Below, piece by piece: positions 1 through 9,972 of a stretch of 64,000 nt of DNA (position 1 is the stretch's first letter; each line of letters starts with the position of its first letter). The notes below the pieces were generated by a model. It saw only the letters and a list, made by a program, of their open reading frames with translations, was not told the origin of the DNA and did no database searches. A program made the translations under genes and the position numbers. The DNA comes from Chthoniobacter flavus (lineage in GTDB: Bacteria; Verrucomicrobiota; Verrucomicrobiia; Chthoniobacterales; Chthoniobacteraceae), in NCBI GenBank assembly GCA_945861435.1, contig CAMAUX010000010.1, positions 36,484-100,483 on the forward strand, read 5' to 3'.

Positions 1-2
1 AG

Positions 3-2600
3 TGTCTCGCAGCCATCGCCACGGAGTCTTCCGATGCACCCGCCGAGGATCTTCTCGCGTGGCGCGAGTATCTCGGGTTCGGCACCACAAAGCTCGAACC
101 GCTCCTTTCCAAGAAGATGGATGGCACTCCGGACTACGCGTTTATCAAGGGCTGGAATGGCGACAACGCGCTCAGCGTCCTCGCCAACTCCTCCGACGCC
201 ACCGTCCGCACCCCGGGCACCATGAAAGCCCACAGCGTTGCCACGCATCCCTCCCCAAAACAGGCTTCCGTCATCGCATGGAAGAACCCGGCGAAAGGAG
301 TCTACCGCATCTCGGGCGATGTGTCGCACGCTCACCCCGAATGCGGCAACGGCATCACCTGGGCACTCGAGATCCGGCGCGGAATGACCACGGAAGTGCT
401 CGCCTCGGGATTCTCAGAACGAGCGAAGATCCTGCCTCTCGGCCCGTTCGAAAAAGTCCCGCTCGATGCCGGGCAGGTCGTTGCGATCGTTATCGGCCCG
501 CGCGATGGCAACCATTCGTGCGACCTCACCGCGGTGAACCTCGCTGTTTCCGATGGGACCCGCACATGGGATCTGGCTGCGGATGTTTCTCCCGACATTC
601 TGAAGGGCAATCCGCATGGTCCATGGCACTTCCTGAGCCAGTCCGCGACGCAGGAGGCAGCTTCCGACCTGCCGGCGCCCATCGCTGCATGGCGCAGGGA
701 TCCCAGCGCAGCGAACGCCGCGAAAGTCCGCGCACACCTTCAGCAGGAGTTCCCCCTCACCAGCCGCCTCCTCTCGCGCTCGATCGCCAGCTTCCGGCCC
801 GCATTGAAGCCGGCGCCGATTTTTGCAAAGGCACCCTCCATCACCGAGATCCACATCCCAGCCGCACTCACCAACGGATCGGAGTTTGTGGTGACTGGAA
901 CCCTCGCCCCGGAATCCTCTGGGAGCGTCCAGCTCGGTGTCCTCACGAAGCGTCCGGAAGACAGCTCCCGTTTGATTGCTGGGCAGTCCCAGACCGTCCA
1001 GGCGAAGGGCCAGTGGAGCGACAACAACCTCGTCACTCACAACACCGCTCCAATCGTCGTGCGCGACAACTCGCCCGCACGGCAGCGCTTTGAAAAATCC
1101 TTCGAGCAGTTCCGCAACCTCTTCCCCGTAGCGCTCTGCTACACGAAAATCGTCCCCGTCGACGAAGTGGTCACCCTCACGCTCTTTTACCGCGAAGACG
1201 ATCACCTCAGGCGCCTCATCCTCTCGGACGATGAAGCGCGCGAGCTCGACCGCCTGTGGGACGACCTCCGTTTCGTCAGCGAAGCTCCGCTCAAGCAGGT
1301 CGCCGCGTTCGAGCAGCTCTGGCAGTTCGCGACACAGGACGCGAAGCCCTCCGCATTCGAGCCGATGCGGAGGCCGATCATGGAAGCAGCCGCTGCTTTT
1401 CAGACGCTCCGCGAGTCCGCGCAACCGCCGCAGAAAGAGGCCGTGGCTGCGCTCGCTGCACGCGCATGGCGGCGCCCCCTCACTGCGGAAGAATCCGCTG
1501 CACTGAACGCATTCCCGCCACATCTCATGCTCGTGCGCATCCTCACGTCGCCCGCATTCCTTTACCGCGCGGAGAAGGTTCCTCAAGAAACCGCGCTCGT
1601 TTCACCGCACGAACTCGCCACCCGTCTCAGCTACTTCCTCTGGGCTGCGCCGCCGGACCAAACGCTGCGTGCCCTCGCGGATTCGGGGCGGATCTCCGAG
1701 CCCGCAATCCTTGCATCGGAAGTGCGCCGTATGTTGAAGGACGAGCGTGTCCGCCGGCTTGCCACTGAGTTTGGCTGCCAGTGGCTCCATGTGCGCGATG
1801 TCGCCACCCTCGCAGAGAAGAGCGAGAGACACTTCCCTTCCTTCACCTCCGTGCGCGCTTCCATGCAGGAGGAGGTCATGCGCTTCCTCACGGATCTCAT
1901 CCAGAACAATGCGCCAGTCACCACCCTCCTCACCGCAGACCATACGTTTATCGACGGTCCGCTCGCGGCCCACTACGGCCTGCCGGAGGAGCAGTCGCAA
2001 TGGCACCGCGTTGAAGGGCTTCGCAAGATGGGCCGCGGAGGCATTCTTGGTTTCGCGGCCACGCTCAGCAAACAGTCCGGCGCATCGAGGACCAGCCCGA
2101 TTCTTCGCGGAAACTGGGTCAGTGAAGTCCTCCTCGGAGAGCGGCTGCCCCGCCCGCCGAAGGATGTGCCCGTCCTCCCCGAAGAAGCACCAGAGGGCCT
2201 CACCGAGCGTCAACTCATCGAGCGGCACTCCAGCGACGAGCGCTGCTCGGGATGCCACAAGCGTATCGACCCGTTCGGGTTCGCCCTCGAGGCTTTCGAT
2301 CCCATCGGCCGCACTCGGGACCGCGATTGCGTCACCACGCTCACGGACGGCACTCGCATCGACGGATTGTCCGGCCTGCGCGACTACCTCGCCGACACGC
2401 GCCGTCAGGACTTTCTCCGTCAGTTCAACCGCAAGCTGCTGGGCTATGCCCTTGGCAGATCCGTCCAGCTTTCTGATAAAACGCTCGTCGACGAACTAAC
2501 CCGCTCGCCCGACGCACGCTTCGGAGATCTCGTCGAACACATCGTCCTCAGTTCCCAGTTCCGCAAAATCCGCGGCGCAGCAGGCCAGAACGCTGAATAA
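3..2600 (+). CDS. DUF1592/DUF1588/DUF1585-family (PVC 'PSD'-type) protein, 5' end probably off-window
   Basis: The frame stays open from nt 3 with no stop upstream of the listed ATG at 117. The C-terminal half carries family hallmarks (HSSDERCSGCHKRIDPFGFALEAFDPIGR; LRDYLA...FNRKLLGYALGR tail). Its usual DUF1552 partner follows 17 nt downstream. Confidence 0.8.
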   Translation, partial: CLAAIATESSDAPAEDLLAWREYLGFGTTKLEPLLSKKMDGTPDYAFIKGWNGDNALSVLANSSDATVRTPGTMKAHSVATHPSPKQASVIAWKNPAKGVYRISGDVSHAHPECGNGITWALEIRRGMTTEVLASGFSERAKILPLGPFEKVPLDAGQVVAIVIGPRDGNHSCDLTAVNLAVSDGTRTWDLAADVSPDILKGNPHGPWHFLSQSATQEAASDLPAPIAAWRRDPSAANAAKVRAHLQQEFPLTSRLLSRSIASFRPALKPAPIFAKAPSITEIHIPAALTNGSEFVVTGTLAPESSGSVQLGVLTKRPEDSSRLIAGQSQTVQAKGQWSDNNLVTHNTAPIVVRDNSPARQRFEKSFEQFRNLFPVALCYTKIVPVDEVVTLTLFYREDDHLRRLILSDDEARELDRLWDDLRFVSEAPLKQVAAFEQLWQFATQDAKPSAFEPMRRPIMEAAAAFQTLRESAQPPQKEAVAALAARAWRRPLTAEESAALNAFPPHLMLVRILTSPAFLYRAEKVPQETALVSPHELATRLSYFLWAAPPDQTLRALADSGRISEPAILASEVRRMLKDERVRRLATEFGCQWLHVRDVATLAEKSERHFPSFTSVRASMQEEVMRFLTDLIQNNAPVTTLLTADHTFIDGPLAAHYGLPEEQSQWHRVEGLRKMGRGGILGFAATLSKQSGASRTSPILRGNWVSEVLLGERLPRPPKDVPVLPEEAPEGLTERQLIERHSSDERCSGCHKRIDPFGFALEAFDPIGRTRDRDCVTTLTDGTRIDGLSGLRDYLADTRRQDFLRQFNRKLLGYALGRSVQLSDKTLVDELTRSPDARFGDLVEHIVLSSQFRKIRGAAGQNAE

Positions 2601-2617
2601 AACCCACCTCCCCCATT

Positions 2618-3949
2618 ATGAGAAACAGCTCCCTCTCCCGTCGCACCTTTCTGCGCGGTCTCGGCGTCACCATGGCTCTTCCATGGATGGAATCCCTCAA
2701 CGTCTGGGGCGATGAATCCACGAAAAACAAACCTGCGAGCGAGGCTCCGTTGCGCCTTGCCGTGACGTTTTCGGGGAATGGCTTTCAATCCAAGGAATGG
2801 TGGGCAAAAGGCGAGGGGGCATCCATGGAACTCGGCCGCGTGCTTGCCCCCCTGCGGCCGTTCAAGGAAAAGCTGCTCTTCGTCCGCGGCCTCTACCATG
2901 AGGAGGCCCGCAAGGGGAACATCCACAGCTCGCAGACCGGCAACATTCTCTCCGGCGCACCTATCGCATCCGGCGGCGACATCCGCTCGGGCACGAGCTT
3001 TGATCAGTTGCTCGCCCAGACTTACGGGCGCACCACCAAAGTGCCGAGCCTTGTGCTCGCGTGTGAACAGTCGAACCCATCCGTTCACAAGAATTACTCG
3101 ATGCTCTACAGCTCCCACATTTCCTGGAGCTCACCCACCACGCCGACCCCGCTCGAACTTTACCCCGCCCTCGCATTCGACCGCCTCTTCAAGGACGAGA
3201 GTTCGCCCGCTGACAAGAGCGTCCTCGATGCCGTGCTCGCTGATGCTGCCTCCCTCCGGAGAACGCTTGGAAAAGCCGACCAGCGCAAACTCGACGAATA
3301 TCTCGAGAGCGTGCGCGACGTGGAGAAGCGGATTGCCAACGCTGGCAAACGAGGGGAACTCCAAGGCTGGCGACCCACTTTGGAAAAGCCGAATATCCCG
3401 CGTCCGGCGGACGGTTTCCCCCAGGACATCGGTGAGCACATGCGCCTCATGTCGGACCTCCTTGTGCTCGGATTCCAGACAGACACCACGCGCATCACCA
3501 CGCTCAAACTCAACAACGACCACAGCGCGCTCCGGTTTCCCAACCTCCCCAGCGTCCAGCAGGCCGGACACGGGATCGACTACATGATCCACCACCTCCT
3601 CTCGCACAGCGATGGCGAGGATTTCCTGAAGGTGAACCAGTTCTTCATGGAGCAGCTTGCCTACATCGCGGGCAAGCTCGACTCGATCCAAGAGGGGCCG
3701 CGGACCCTGCTCGACAACACCATGCTCCTGCACTGTTCCAGCATGATGGCCGGCGCCAAACACGACAACGACCAGCTGCCCATCATCGTGCTCGGCGGCG
3801 CCGGGGGCCGCATCAAGGGCGGTCGCGCGCTGGATTACACGGGGAAACCGGACCGCCAGCTCTGCCGTCTCTTTCTCTCCCTCATGGACAAGATGGACGT
3901 GCATCCGAAGACCTTCGGCGACGCGCACGGCATGCTCGAGGAAGTCTGA
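2618..3949 (+). CDS. DUF1552 domain protein with Tat-like signal
   Basis: 443-aa ORF with an N-terminal SRRTFLRGLGVTMALPWM twin-arginine-like signal. It sits directly after a DUF1592/1588 gene, which is typical for this family. Confidence 0.8.
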   Translation: MRNSSLSRRTFLRGLGVTMALPWMESLNVWGDESTKNKPASEAPLRLAVTFSGNGFQSKEWWAKGEGASMELGRVLAPLRPFKEKLLFVRGLYHEEARKGNIHSSQTGNILSGAPIASGGDIRSGTSFDQLLAQTYGRTTKVPSLVLACEQSNPSVHKNYSMLYSSHISWSSPTTPTPLELYPALAFDRLFKDESSPADKSVLDAVLADAASLRRTLGKADQRKLDEYLESVRDVEKRIANAGKRGELQGWRPTLEKPNIPRPADGFPQDIGEHMRLMSDLLVLGFQTDTTRITTLKLNNDHSALRFPNLPSVQQAGHGIDYMIHHLLSHSDGEDFLKVNQFFMEQLAYIAGKLDSIQEGPRTLLDNTMLLHCSSMMAGAKHDNDQLPIIVLGGAGGRIKGGRALDYTGKPDRQLCRLFLSLMDKMDVHPKTFGDAHGMLEEV

Positions 3950-4008
3950 TCAAAAGCCACTTCCGAGCTGGCGACCCTTTGTCCGGGCAACTGTCGGGCG
4001 TGGTGCGG

Positions 4009-6069
4009 TCACCATGTCGCGGTGATCATCCGTCTTTGGTTGCTTATGCGGGAAGGGAAGCCTGGGCCTTGTGTGTTGATGACATCGATGATGCGAGCCG
4101 CACGTTCGAGAGCGTTGATGCCGGCGTCCGTTACCGTGCTATCACCCACAACCACTTGGCGGAGTTTCCTGCAGTGCCTGAGTTGCAAAAAGCCCCCGTC
4201 AGTGATGTGACTGTTCGGGATGGAAAGGGATTTTAGATCCTTGATGTCCTTGAGGCAGGTGATGCACGAGTCATCGAAGGAATCACTGGAGGAGGAAATG
4301 CTTTCCAAGCCGTGAAGTCCCGCCAGCGCCTCCACGACGTTTGGGCGGAGACGGTTTCCGAGCAGATCGATGTTGCGGATGCGTTTGAACCCCTTCAGCG
4401 CCTCGATGTTGTCGATGCCGATCTCTGTCCCTGTGATAACGAGCCCGTTCAGCGAAGGGAGAATTTTCGCGAGACGTTCTGCCGCGAATGGGAAGGCAGG
4501 CATGTCGGTGGACAGGAACCCCAGCACATCGAGCTTGAGCCTGGAAAGCGGCGCAAGCCCCTCAAGTGAGACGCGGGTTCCGATGAGGCTCAGTTCTTTG
4601 AGCGTCGAGAGGGAGGCAAGCGCCGCGACGCCTTCATCCGTAATGTCTGTGTGGTTGAGAGACAGGCTCTGGAGATGCTTGAAATGGAGCAGCAAGGGGA
4701 TGCAATCGTCGCCGAGATTGGCCCCCGTGATCTGCAGGCTTTCCATATTGGGAAGCGTTCCCTTGAGCTGGGAGAGAAACCCGGAGGTGATGCCCTTGCA
4801 ACTCGCAAGCCTCAGATGCTTGAGGGACTGCAGGCGTGAAAGATGGACTGCCAGATCGTCGGTGACCAGGCCCGCCTCAATGGTGAGTGATTCCAGCGAC
4901 GTCCACGATTGAAGAAACTCAAAGGCCTCATTCCCCGCAGCAACTCCGATGAACCGAACCGATGCTGCCGTGCGAAGAGGTGCGAGATGGGCGAACGCAG
5001 GATCGGTAACTTCTCCGACGAGTCCTTTTCCCGAAAAAGCAATCTCTTCGATCTCAAGGCGTCCCTTCGGAATGTCTCTGGTGAGAACCACGGGCGCGCT
5101 CCTGCGCCCTTCCCTGAGCGTCAACTTGCCTCCGACCTTCAGCACCCATTGGATCGCCTCCTCAGTGCTGTTTGACGCCACTGCGGCCGGGGATTCTTTT
5201 GGGGGCGCCGGTTTCGTAAAAGGACTGGCCGGCAGCAGCCACTCCTTGGCGATCGCGCTGCGTTTGGCGTCGAGTACCTCCGCCTCAGAGCGGGCCTGTC
5301 GCGCGAGGAGTGATTCTGCGTTCCGATGCAGGAAGGCATCGTACCTAGCTTGGATGGGGCCGGTGTTAGACATCCGCTTTTGGTAAGCGGCGTTTACCTG
5401 TGCACGGAAAAGGCTGCGCGCCTCGGAAATAAAAGGCGAGGGTGAGTCGAGGTCCTCGGCAGGCACCATGCTTTCGCAGTCGAGAAACTTCTGGTGTTCG
5501 AACTGAAGAGCAGCGGCTTCTTCACATCTACCAGCCTGACACGCTGCGCCGCCTGCTGCGTCGATGCTTTGCAGGAATTTACGGCGGGCCTCCTCAAGTG
5601 CGATGGAGAAGGGGAGCGTGACCTGTTTCTCGTAAGCCGCCCTGAAATGCGAATCCACATGCGCCAGCCATCTCTCAGCCGCAGCCGCTTTCTCCGATGC
5701 CGCGGTTGCGGCTGCTGAAGTGGAGGCTGAAGGATCTGTGCTGGGCGGCGTTTCCACAAGCGGCCGCCCGGTGGGAAGTCCTGTGCGTCCGGGAATAGCC
5801 GTCGGGATCGCGAGGGGTGGGGCGAGAAGGCGCAAGGGGACGACCGGAACCACCGGTTGTAGGCCCCCTGGATTTTCCGAATTCTGAGCTGTTAGAGGCT
5901 GCAGCCACGCGGAGGCAAAGCAGACGAGGATCGCAGCGGCACCTCTTAGTGCGGCACGACGGGCGGGATTCCTCTGTGCCCAATTTACTCCTGGATAAAA
6001 GGAATTACAGGCGTGACGGCGCGATGCAGGGTAATTCGAGACCTCCGAGAACGGTGTAAATGAGAGCAT
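4009..6069 (-). CDS. secreted leucine-rich-repeat (RNI-like LRR) protein
   Basis: 686-aa ORF with a hydrophobic signal-like stretch (AAAILVCFASAWLQPLTAQ), a Pro-rich linker and a helical middle part. The C-terminal half has regular LRRs (LKHLRLASCKGITSGFL, LQSLSLNHTDITDEGVAAL, LKELSLIGTRVSLEGL, and others). The start codon is uncertain. Confidence 0.7.
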   Translation of the reverse strand: MLSFTPFSEVSNYPASRRHACNSFYPGVNWAQRNPARRAALRGAAAILVCFASAWLQPLTAQNSENPGGLQPVVPVVPLRLLAPPLAIPTAIPGRTGLPTGRPLVETPPSTDPSASTSAAATAASEKAAAAERWLAHVDSHFRAAYEKQVTLPFSIALEEARRKFLQSIDAAGGAACQAGRCEEAAALQFEHQKFLDCESMVPAEDLDSPSPFISEARSLFRAQVNAAYQKRMSNTGPIQARYDAFLHRNAESLLARQARSEAEVLDAKRSAIAKEWLLPASPFTKPAPPKESPAAVASNSTEEAIQWVLKVGGKLTLREGRRSAPVVLTRDIPKGRLEIEEIAFSGKGLVGEVTDPAFAHLAPLRTAASVRFIGVAAGNEAFEFLQSWTSLESLTIEAGLVTDDLAVHLSRLQSLKHLRLASCKGITSGFLSQLKGTLPNMESLQITGANLGDDCIPLLLHFKHLQSLSLNHTDITDEGVAALASLSTLKELSLIGTRVSLEGLAPLSRLKLDVLGFLSTDMPAFPFAAERLAKILPSLNGLVITGTEIGIDNIEALKGFKRIRNIDLLGNRLRPNVVEALAGLHGLESISSSSDSFDDSCITCLKDIKDLKSLSIPNSHITDGGFLQLRHCRKLRQVVVGDSTVTDAGINALERAARIIDVINTQGPGFPSRISNQRRMITATW

Positions 6070-6524
6070 GATTGTCTGATGTGTAGGGTTTTGTTCTGGG
6101 GAGCCGCTTCACAAGTTGGTAAACTTCCGTCGCGTGGTTCTCTTAGTCGGTCTGAGTGCATTGAGAGGCTCTTGAGCCACGCCTGATATGGGCGTCAGGC
6201 GCTCCCCCGATAAGGACGTCCCCTTTGGGCGAGAGCAGGGCGGCGGGAGTGGCCCGGGAGCTTCGCGTTACTATTACGTGCGTCAGCCCGAACCCACGTT
6301 GGATCAATTCCTCGCGGGCGCACGTCCCTGGTGAGCGCGGCATTAGTTAGGCCTGTTGCCTCCGTATGATGAGAAGGCCTTATCCGAGCCTTTATCGATC
6401 TGTGGGATGGCACACGAAACCGGCTCGAAGGTGAGGTGGCGCGGATTGCGCAGGATGACCAGTCCGTGAGTCGGGGATTGCGACTCGCCCCTTGCAGGCA
6501 GGAGGCGTAAGCTGGGCGGCCCCT

Positions 6525-8060
6525 ATGAAATCTCGACTGCTCCTCGTCCTTGCGCTGTGCGTTGCAGGCACCCTCGCCCCCCGGACCTCACTGGCAGGGG
6601 CCAGCCGGCCGAACATTGTGGTGATGCTCATCGATGACATGGGCGTGATGGACACCTCGCTTCCGTTCCTTCCCGGAGCCAACGGGCAGCCGGTGCGGCA
6701 TCCGCTCAATGAGTTCTACCGCACGCCGAACATGGAGCGTCTCGCAGCGCGCGGGATCCGTTTCAATCAGTTCTGCGCGATGAGCGTGTGCTCGCCGACG
6801 CGGATCTCGATCATGACCGGACAAAACGCCGCGCGGCATCGGACGACGAACTGGATTAATCCGGACAAGGACAATGCCGGGCCGCAGGGTGCCGTGGACT
6901 GGAACTGGCGCGGGGTGCAGCCAGGGGCCGTCACGCTGCCGGCGTTGTTGGGCAAAGCCGGTTATCGGACGATTCATGTGGGCAAGGGGCACTTCGGGCC
7001 GCGTCAGGAACCGGGCTCGGATCCTTCGAAGATCGGCTTTGATGTGAACGTGGGGGGCGCGTCGATTGGTCAGCCGGGGAGTTATTACGGGACCAAGAAC
7101 TACGGCAACGCCATCGGTGGGAAGGGCGGCGGAAGCGGGGTTCCGGGCCTTGAGAAGTACCATGGAACGGAGACCTTCCTGACGGATGCGTTGACGCTCG
7201 AGGCCAACGCGCACATGGAAGCGGCGGTGAAGGAGTCGAGACCATTCTTCCTCTACCTTGCGCATTACGCGGTGCATTCGCCGTTCAATGCGGATCCCCG
7301 TTTTGCGGACCATTACAAGGATTCCGGGAAGCCGGCGGCTGCGCAGGCTTTTGCGACGTTGATCGAGGGGATGGACAAATCGCTTGGCGACGTGCTGGAC
7401 CAACTTGAGAAGCTCGGCGTGGCGCAGGACACGCTGTTCTTCTTCCTAGGCGACAACGGCTCGGACGCACCGCTCGGGGCCGAGCACGGCGTGGCCTGCG
7501 CGGCTCCGTTGCGCGGCAAGAAGGCCACGCATTACGAGGGCGGCATGCGCGTGCCGTTTATCGCGGCGTGGGCGAAGCCGGACCCGTCGAATCCCTTGCA
7601 GAAGCGGCTTCCCATCACGCAGGGGGCGGTGCAGGGGCAGTTGGCAGCGGTGTACGATCTGTTCCCGACCGCGCTCGCAGCGGCCCGCGTGCAGAGCCCC
7701 GCGGAGCATGTGATTGATGGGCGTGCACTGGATCCGCTCCTGACCGGTGTCCGGGATCCGCAGCGTGACGAGATGTTTCTGATGCACTTTCCGCACGCGC
7801 ACCGGAGCAGTTACTTCACCGCGTTTCGTCATGGGGAGTGGAAGGTGGTTTACCATTACCTGCCGACGGAGAAGTCGGGGGGAGGTCACTATCAACTCTT
7901 CCATCTGGCCTCGGATCCTTATGAGCAAAAGGATCTGGCTTCGGAGAAGCCGGCCGAGTTGCGCCGGATGATGCAGGAACTCACTGCGGGCCTCGAGAGC
8001 CAGAATGCGGCTTATCCGCGAGATGCGGAGGGTAAGGTGTTGAAGCCGCTGGTGCCATGA
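6525..8060 (+). CDS. formylglycine-dependent sulfatase (arylsulfatase family)
   Basis: Signal peptide MKSRLLLVLALCVAG, then PNIVVMLIDDMG and the C-x-P-x-R sulfatase signature SVCSPTRISIMTGQ. I prefer the ATG at 6525 over the TTG at 6492. Confidence 0.9.
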   Translation: MKSRLLLVLALCVAGTLAPRTSLAGASRPNIVVMLIDDMGVMDTSLPFLPGANGQPVRHPLNEFYRTPNMERLAARGIRFNQFCAMSVCSPTRISIMTGQNAARHRTTNWINPDKDNAGPQGAVDWNWRGVQPGAVTLPALLGKAGYRTIHVGKGHFGPRQEPGSDPSKIGFDVNVGGASIGQPGSYYGTKNYGNAIGGKGGGSGVPGLEKYHGTETFLTDALTLEANAHMEAAVKESRPFFLYLAHYAVHSPFNADPRFADHYKDSGKPAAAQAFATLIEGMDKSLGDVLDQLEKLGVAQDTLFFFLGDNGSDAPLGAEHGVACAAPLRGKKATHYEGGMRVPFIAAWAKPDPSNPLQKRLPITQGAVQGQLAAVYDLFPTALAAARVQSPAEHVIDGRALDPLLTGVRDPQRDEMFLMHFPHAHRSSYFTAFRHGEWKVVYHYLPTEKSGGGHYQLFHLASDPYEQKDLASEKPAELRRMMQELTAGLESQNAAYPRDAEGKVLKPLVP

Positions 8061-8656
8061 TGCGCATGGTCAGGACCATCATCCTCGTCCTTGTCGGGAG
8101 CATTCTGCTCGCCGCGTGCGCATGGCTCGCCGGAACCTCGCGAGCGAACACGGAGTCGCCGCAGTACGAGGTTCTGCGGACCGAGGGCAAGTTCGAGCTT
8201 CGCAGTTATCCCGGGCTCACGGTGGTGACGACGCCGATGGACGGCGCGGGCACGAGCGGCGCGTTCGGTCGTTTGTTCCGTTTCATCACCGGCGGAAATG
8301 CGGGGCACGGCAAGATTGCGATGACCACGCCGGTGCTCATCGATGCAGCGGAAGAGCAGCGGACGATGAGTTTCATCATGCCCCGGAAGGCAACCGCGAC
8401 GGGCGTTCCCTCGCCGGAAGACGAGCGGTTGAAAGTGCGCACACTGGGGGCCGCCAAGTTCGCAGCGTTGCGCTTTAGCGGCGGGCGCTCGGCGGAGAAT
8501 GAGCAGGCGGCCGCAGAAGCCCTTCGCCGCTGGATTGGCGAGCAGGGTCTCATCGCGGAGGGCGGGGTGTTGTTTGCGTATTATGATCCGCCATGGACTC
8601 CAATTCCGCTGCGCCGCAACGAGGTGCTCGTTCGGGTGAAGGATGCCGCGCGCTGA
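8057..8656 (+). CDS. SOUL heme-binding family protein
   Basis: 199 aa. After the signal anchor the sequence reads ESPQYEVLRTEGKFELRSYP...AMTTPV...YDPPW...RRNEVLV, typical of the SOUL/HBP fold. Its ATG overlaps the sulfatase TGA (ATGA at 8057-8060). Confidence 0.8.
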   Translation: MMRMVRTIILVLVGSILLAACAWLAGTSRANTESPQYEVLRTEGKFELRSYPGLTVVTTPMDGAGTSGAFGRLFRFITGGNAGHGKIAMTTPVLIDAAEEQRTMSFIMPRKATATGVPSPEDERLKVRTLGAAKFAALRFSGGRSAENEQAAAEALRRWIGEQGLIAEGGVLFAYYDPPWTPIPLRRNEVLVRVKDAAR

Positions 8657-8741
8657 AGGGGCTGCGGCGTTGCATGAGCGGGTGGGGATCGGGAATACTG
8701 GAAGGTCTGAGGCGACTCCGTCGCAATCCCCCCGTCTTCCC

Positions 8742-9950
8742 ATGAACACGCTTCCTCCCCCACCCCGCATCGCCGTCCCCCGGCGACAGTTCATCGCCAC
8801 TGCAGCGTTTGCGGCCGCGGCTTCGGTGCTTGGTGCGGAGTCCGCGCCACTGTCCGTGGCGGTGATCGGACACACGGGGCGCGGCGGCTACGGGCACGGG
8901 TTGGACACGATGTGGTTGCAGCTTCCGGAAACCACGGTGGTGGCGGTTGCGGATGCCGATCCCAAGGGGCTTGCGGCGGCGCAGGCGAAGCTGAAAATTG
9001 GGAAAGGGTATGCCGATTACCGGCGGATGCTTGCGGAGGTGCGTCCTGCGATTGTGGCAGTAGGGCCGCGGCATGTGGACCAGCACCGGGACATGATCCT
9101 TGCCGCGGTGGAGGCCGGGGTGCGCGGGATTTACATGGAGAAGCCCTTTTGTCGGACACCCGCGGAGGCCGATGAAATCTGGGCTGCGTGTGCGGCGCGT
9201 GGCGTGCGTCTCGCGGTGGCGCATCGCAATCGATATCACCCGGTGCTGCCCGTGTTGGTGGAGATGATCTCCGGTGGTGCGATCGGGCGGGTGCTGGAGA
9301 TGCGTGCCCGCGGCAAGGAGGATCAGCGTGGCGGAGCGCTCGACTTGTGGGTGCTGGGATCCCACCTGTGCGACCTTGCAACGGTGTTCGGAGGGAGGGC
9401 TCTCACATGTTCGGCTACCGTGCTGCAAGACGGGAGGCCGGTCACCCAGGCGGATCTTCACGAAGGCGATGAGGGGGTCGGACTTCTTGCAGGCAACGAG
9501 GTGCACGCGCGTTATGCGATGGAGCGCGGGATGCCGTTCTTCTTCGACTCCGTGGCGAAGGCGGGTGTGGCCGCGGCAGGTTTCGGCCTGCAGTTGATCG
9601 GAACGGAGGGGATGATCGATCTGCGCGTGGACCGCGAACCCGTGGCGCATCTGCTGGCTGGCAGCCCATTTCAACCTGTGGCGGCGCCGCGGGCGTGGGT
9701 GCCGATCACCACGGGTGGAGTGGGGAAGCCGGAGCCGATGGCGAATTTGGGCAAAGATCTTGCCGGACATCTTGTGGCGGGACGCGATCTCGTGGCGGCC
9801 GTGCGCGAGGGGCGCGAGCCTTTGTGCGGGCCGGCGCAGGGGGCGGCGACGGTGGAGATGATCTGCGCCGCGTTTGAATCCCATCGCCGCGGCGGCGCGG
9901 GTGTGGAGTTGCCGCTTGCAGACCGCGGGAATCCGCTGGCCCGGCTCTGA
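8742..9950 (+). CDS. Gfo/Idh/MocA-family oxidoreductase with Tat signal
   Basis: From the ATG at 8742 the protein starts MNTLPPPPRIAVPRRQFIATAAFAAAASVLGA (twin-arginine). This is followed by the Rossmann segment VAVIGHTGRGGYGHG and a typical Gfo/Idh/MocA core. Confidence 0.8.
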   Translation: MNTLPPPPRIAVPRRQFIATAAFAAAASVLGAESAPLSVAVIGHTGRGGYGHGLDTMWLQLPETTVVAVADADPKGLAAAQAKLKIGKGYADYRRMLAEVRPAIVAVGPRHVDQHRDMILAAVEAGVRGIYMEKPFCRTPAEADEIWAACAARGVRLAVAHRNRYHPVLPVLVEMISGGAIGRVLEMRARGKEDQRGGALDLWVLGSHLCDLATVFGGRALTCSATVLQDGRPVTQADLHEGDEGVGLLAGNEVHARYAMERGMPFFFDSVAKAGVAAAGFGLQLIGTEGMIDLRVDREPVAHLLAGSPFQPVAAPRAWVPITTGGVGKPEPMANLGKDLAGHLVAGRDLVAAVREGREPLCGPAQGAATVEMICAAFESHRRGGAGVELPLADRGNPLARL

Positions 9951-9972
9951 CGCGGCGCGGAGATCTGAGCCG

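Noticed and set aside
2-1093. 363-aa ORF at the left edge and other overlapping ORFs in alternative frames of 117-2600
   Set aside because: Their translations are Arg/His/Pro-rich with no motifs, while frame 3 encodes the DUF1592/1588 protein with clear family blocks.
5838-5860. GGAACCACCGG inside the LRR gene matching the reverse complement of the core of the structured repeat (a possible third copy)
   Set aside because: The match is ~23 of 31 nt, lies within a Pro/Val-rich coding segment, and none of the element's hairpins is present. It is probably coincidental.
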